From contig JABLTI010000025.1 in NCBI GenBank assembly GCA_013166835.1, positions 1 through 29,675 on the forward strand: DNA of 29,675 bases, read 5' to 3'. The notes below the pieces were generated by a model, which did not search any database, was not told the origin of the DNA, and saw only the letters and a list, made by a program, of their open reading frames with translations. Positions 26,405-29,675 of this stretch are shown one piece after another. The position numbers were made by a program, and so were the translations under genes. This DNA comes from Promethearchaeati archaeon (GTDB taxonomy: Archaea; Asgardarchaeota; Heimdallarchaeia; JABLTI01). Positions within the stretch are counted from its first letter, which is position 1. Each line of letters starts with the position of its first letter.

Positions 26405-28366
26405 TTATATCCCTAGTTTCTTTCGATTTGCTACTATATGGTTTTCAATGTTTTCCACTGCTTTTACTGCGTCTTTCTCAACGTCTAGTAATCCACCGGT
26501 TATGTCCTTCAAATCTTTTGTTAGTAGTCTTACGAGATTTGTTCCACCTGTAACTGTTGGTATTGGATTCACATAAGTATACAATCCGTATGCTAAAGCA
26601 AAAATTGCATCGATTGTTGCTTTTTGTTCCATGTATTCAGGTGCTGCAGCTGCTACTGGTAGATCTGGTATTGGTACTCCTCCAAGTGCTGCTGAGACTG
26701 CGTGAACTAAATCTGCTAATCTTCCGGTATCTGTGCATGTTCCGTAGCTTAGAACTGGAGGTATTTTCAGTGCATTGCACACTGCTTGTAATTTAGATCC
26801 TGCTAATTTTATAGCATCCAAACTACATAATCCAGCTACTTGGACAGCCCCATTCCCGCATCCGAGTGAAAGAACGAGTATGTCTCTTTTGATTAATTCT
26901 TTTACAACAGCAACTGTATGAACGTCTTGTCCGTAATCTCTTAATGATGTACATGAAACCATTCCAACAATACCCTTAATTGATCCATCTTTAATCGCGT
27001 TTAGTAATGGTTCTAGTGTCCCGCCTAGAGCTTCTAAAATGCTTTCTGTTGAGAAGCCAACAATTGCTTCCCTCATTGGTAGACCTGTGATTGGTTCAAC
27101 AGTTTTCCTTCTTTCTTTGAAATTATCAACTGCCATTTGTAATAATTGAGCTGCTTGCTCCTCTGCTTTCTCTGGAAGATAATTTACTCTGTCAGTTACT
27201 CCATCAAATGCTACTAATTCGCTTACAGGAACTAATTTGAACTTGAATTTCTCTGCATAAATTGGATCCACAGGCATTGAGCAATTCATGTCTGCTACGA
27301 ATATGTCTACACTACCACTTGCTAGGATTGCCTCTTGCATGATCCAATTCCCAGTAAACCCATATAACACATCATCCATTTCCCATCTTTGGATCATTTC
27401 TTGCCCAGTTTCAATGTTTGCGATTATTCGCAATCCTTTAGCTCCTTGTGCTTTTGCTTTTTCTTGCCATTCTTTCTTTCGGGCTAATTGAACTAAAGCA
27501 AATCCAAGAAATGGTTCGTGACCATTTGGTAAAACATTAACATAGTCTGGATCTAAAACGCCCAGATCAACTCTCATTGTGTGAGGTTTAGGAATGCCAA
27601 AAATAACGTCCTGCAAGTATTCAGTCACAATTTGACTTTGATAAGCCATGGCAATACCAATTCTCATAGCTTTTAGAGCTAAACTAACGTAATACCCATC
27701 AACATTTGTTAAACAAGAACTAGTTGAAAGCAGTATTTCTCCATGAACTCCTCCTGGGAAAATCCCCAATTTTTTCCAGAGTTCTTTTCGTTCTTTTGGA
27801 GCTAATTTTTCAACGATAACACTTGGTTCATCATATTTCCTATTGAAGTCTTTTTCAACAAAATCACAAAATCGTATGGCTATTTTGTTTATGTCTCCAG
27901 AAACATCCACTCCTAATCGTTGAGCAAAAGTCTTCAGTTTTTCTGGTTCTGTTATCTTGAAAGGTGTTTTTCCATTTGCTATTGCTCTTAGTGTTTTCAC
28001 TGTTTGCTCAGTATGATATTGATAGGTCGATGTTCCCATGACATTTCTTAATAACATCATTCGCATAGCCATACCATCGCCTGTCATACCACAAACCCCA
28101 CGCCTATCTGTTGCGACATTAGCACGACAAGGACCATTAGAACATAAATCGCACCTAACTCCTTGAAGACAGAATTGACATCTTCGATCAGGGTCTCCAA
28201 AAGCTAACCCTTGATCTTCAAATCGATCCCAAACATTCGTGATGCCTTCTTTCTCAATTCGTTTGTAAACTCTATCAATTTTTTCGTGTTCTTCCACTAA
28301 TTCACTTCTAAGACGATCATACATTTTTATGACAGATTTATGCTCAGATATTCTTTCTTCTTCCAT
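26405..28366 (-). CDS. cooS: Anaerobic CO dehydrogenase-family protein, non-canonical (CooS-V / clade D-like)
   Basis: CQFC and CDLCSNGPC...GVCG (D/B clusters), NGHEP, IETGQE, DMNCS, VSCTS, LGCG, GTCTD, PEYMEQKA; GGTGAT RBS at 28372-28377. Confidence 0.93.
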   Translation of the reverse strand: MEEERISEHKSVIKMYDRLRSELVEEHEKIDRVYKRIEKEGITNVWDRFEDQGLAFGDPDRRCQFCLQGVRCDLCSNGPCRANVATDRRGVCGMTGDGMAMRMMLLRNVMGTSTYQYHTEQTVKTLRAIANGKTPFKITEPEKLKTFAQRLGVDVSGDINKIAIRFCDFVEKDFNRKYDEPSVIVEKLAPKERKELWKKLGIFPGGVHGEILLSTSSCLTNVDGYYVSLALKAMRIGIAMAYQSQIVTEYLQDVIFGIPKPHTMRVDLGVLDPDYVNVLPNGHEPFLGFALVQLARKKEWQEKAKAQGAKGLRIIANIETGQEMIQRWEMDDVLYGFTGNWIMQEAILASGSVDIFVADMNCSMPVDPIYAEKFKFKLVPVSELVAFDGVTDRVNYLPEKAEEQAAQLLQMAVDNFKERRKTVEPITGLPMREAIVGFSTESILEALGGTLEPLLNAIKDGSIKGIVGMVSCTSLRDYGQDVHTVAVVKELIKRDILVLSLGCGNGAVQVAGLCSLDAIKLAGSKLQAVCNALKIPPVLSYGTCTDTGRLADLVHAVSAALGGVPIPDLPVAAAAPEYMEQKATIDAIFALAYGLYTYVNPIPTVTGGTNLVRLLTKDLKDITGGLLDVEKDAVKAVENIENHIVANRKKLGI

Positions 28367-28548
28367 GAAAAATCACCAAAAGGAAACGGTATTTGTATGC
28401 TTTACGATAATTGGTATGTGTAAAAATCTATTGCTTAACAAATAAAAGGAAAATAAAATCCCCAAATAATCAGCTTTTTGCAATCATTTTATAATGAATT
28501 GACTAGTATTGATTTGTTTTAAAATAATCAATTGTTTGTTGAGTTAAG

Positions 28549-29277
28549 ATGGAATACAGAAAACATTTGAAAAACCCAATAATAACAGAAGAATCTGATC
28601 AAAGGAAAGGATTACCACTTCCTCCGATGCAAAAACCTTATCCTGAGGATGCTAAATTAATTGATTTAGTTTCTCCAGAGGATTTCAAAATTGGTGATGT
28701 TTCACTATTAAAGGCGATTAAGAACCGAGTTAGCCACCGCAATTATTCCAATGAATCATTAACTTTGGAGGAATTATCATTCTTGCTTTGGTCCACTCAA
28801 GGTGTCAAAGAGCTTGCAAGGGAAGGTCGTATAACATTACGAACAGTTCCTTCAGGTGGTGCTATGCATCCCTTTGAGACTTATCTTTTAATTAACCGAG
28901 TAGATAGCTTAACACCAGGTCTTTATCGATATTTGGCAATTGAACATAAATTGCTACCAAAAACAACAGAAGCCAAAGATTTACCAGAGGAGATTAATGA
29001 AATCTGCAATAAACAGACTTTTGTTGGAAAAAGTGCTGTTGTGTTTATTTGGAGTGCTAGACCCTATCGTACAGAATGGCGCTATGGTGATGATTCTCTC
29101 AAAGACATTTTAATAAGTGTTGGACACATTTGTCAAAATCTCTATTTGGCTTGTGAAGCAATAAATTCAGGAACATGTGCTATAGTAGCCTACAATCAAG
29201 ATAAACTTGATGAATTCATTAGTGTTAATGGAGATAATGAAATATCTCTTTATGTAGCACCTGTTGGTAAATTATGA
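28549..29277 (+). CDS. SagB/ThcOx-type nitroreductase-family flavoprotein
   Basis: NRVSHRNY, LTLEELSFLLW, RTVPSGGAMHPFETY, GLYRY, GHICQNLYL. Confidence 0.92.
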   Translation: MEYRKHLKNPIITEESDQRKGLPLPPMQKPYPEDAKLIDLVSPEDFKIGDVSLLKAIKNRVSHRNYSNESLTLEELSFLLWSTQGVKELAREGRITLRTVPSGGAMHPFETYLLINRVDSLTPGLYRYLAIEHKLLPKTTEAKDLPEEINEICNKQTFVGKSAVVFIWSARPYRTEWRYGDDSLKDILISVGHICQNLYLACEAINSGTCAIVAYNQDKLDEFISVNGDNEISLYVAPVGKL

Positions 29278-29392
29278 TTTTAATACAAAATACATTCATT
29301 CGAGAAGTTTTTACTTCTCTTTTTTTTTATAATCAATTAATATTACTTGAGATCTTATTATAAGAAATAGATTTTTAAATTTAGAAGACGAT

Positions 29393-29623
29393 TTGATGAT
29401 TATGTCAATCGAGAAGAAAGGCGATAAAGTTAAGTTTTCCATTCATATCTGCGATATTTGTGCTTCAGAACGACAGATGAAATTTGATATTTTTCGTTTG
29501 AAACGAACTCGAGTGCGAAATAAGCAACCATGTGCTATTTGTAATGCCTCAACTAATTCGGCTTATGTAGGTATTGCAGATTCTGAGACTGAAGCTGAAC
29601 AGATAAAAGAGAAACTTGCATAG
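29393..29623 (+). CDS. Small putative zinc-binding protein (CxxC-x23-CxxC)
   Basis: HICDIC and PCAICN; TTTTTAAAT TATA-like box just upstream; start at 29393, 29396 or 29402. Confidence 0.7.
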   Translation: MMIMSIEKKGDKVKFSIHICDICASERQMKFDIFRLKRTRVRNKQPCAICNASTNSAYVGIADSETEAEQIKEKLA

Positions 29624-29666
29624 ATAAAATGGGTTTGTATTTTTTTCTTTAAATCCCATTTTTCTA
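29621..29666 (+). terminator. Inverted repeat enclosing a T-tract; putative terminator
   Basis: AAAATGGG (29626-29633) / CCCATTTT (29655-29662), extendable by TAGA/TCTA, with T7 in the loop and T5 at the 3' end. Confidence 0.55.
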
Positions 29667-29675
29667 ATTACTTTT

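Noticed and set aside
28549-29623. SagB-like gene plus Cys-containing small ORF as a thiazole/oxazole RiPP cluster
   Set aside because: No YcaO, E1-like protein or transporter in view; the small ORF has zinc-finger spacing rather than a leader/core layout; stand-alone SagB-type nitroreductases are common. Sequence beyond the window edge is unseen.
1-29675. CRISPR arrays, IS elements, rRNA, riboswitches, recoding or frameshifted genes
   Set aside because: None seen: intergenic gaps are short and AT-rich, there are no regularly spaced repeats, and recognised genes appear full length.

Overview
AT-rich, gene-dense archaeal chromosomal segment. Archaeal origin rests on an intron-containing tRNA with a BHB splice motif, two PurP/COG1759 genes, an archaeal-type PurD C-terminus, TATA/BRE promoters and GGTGA/GGAGG ribosome-binding sites. 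An Asgard (Heimdall-like) affiliation is my impression only and cannot be proven from this window. Layout: (1) 1-13318, purine cluster: purF (5'-truncated), purD, HAD hydrolase, MFS, PfkB kinase, purE and a large unknown membrane protein, convergent with purP, purP-like, NTF2-fold gene and a FetAB/STAR-like ABC pair. (2) 13531-20516, phosphate hub: DUF47, PiT and a degenerate DUF47-like gene, convergent with pstB-phoU-pstS-pstC-pstA. (3) 20702-29623: S9 peptidase, FTR1 iron permease, SCP2/iron-sulfur flavoprotein fusion, tRNA-Arg(TCT) with a 30-nt intron, alpha/beta hydrolase, a non-canonical CooS (CooS-V-like), SagB-type nitroreductase and a small CxxC/CxxC protein. No transposase, integrase, CRISPR array or rRNA was seen. 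Best leads: the 677-aa membrane protein (Vps62/NPP1-like motif series split by TM helices, plus three MIM2-like IPDIP repeats), the HAD-MFS-PfkB trio inside the pur cluster, the CODH with substituted catalytic residues, and the tRNA intron that is an inverted copy of its own anticodon arm. All family calls are by-eye motif recognition; no database search was run.
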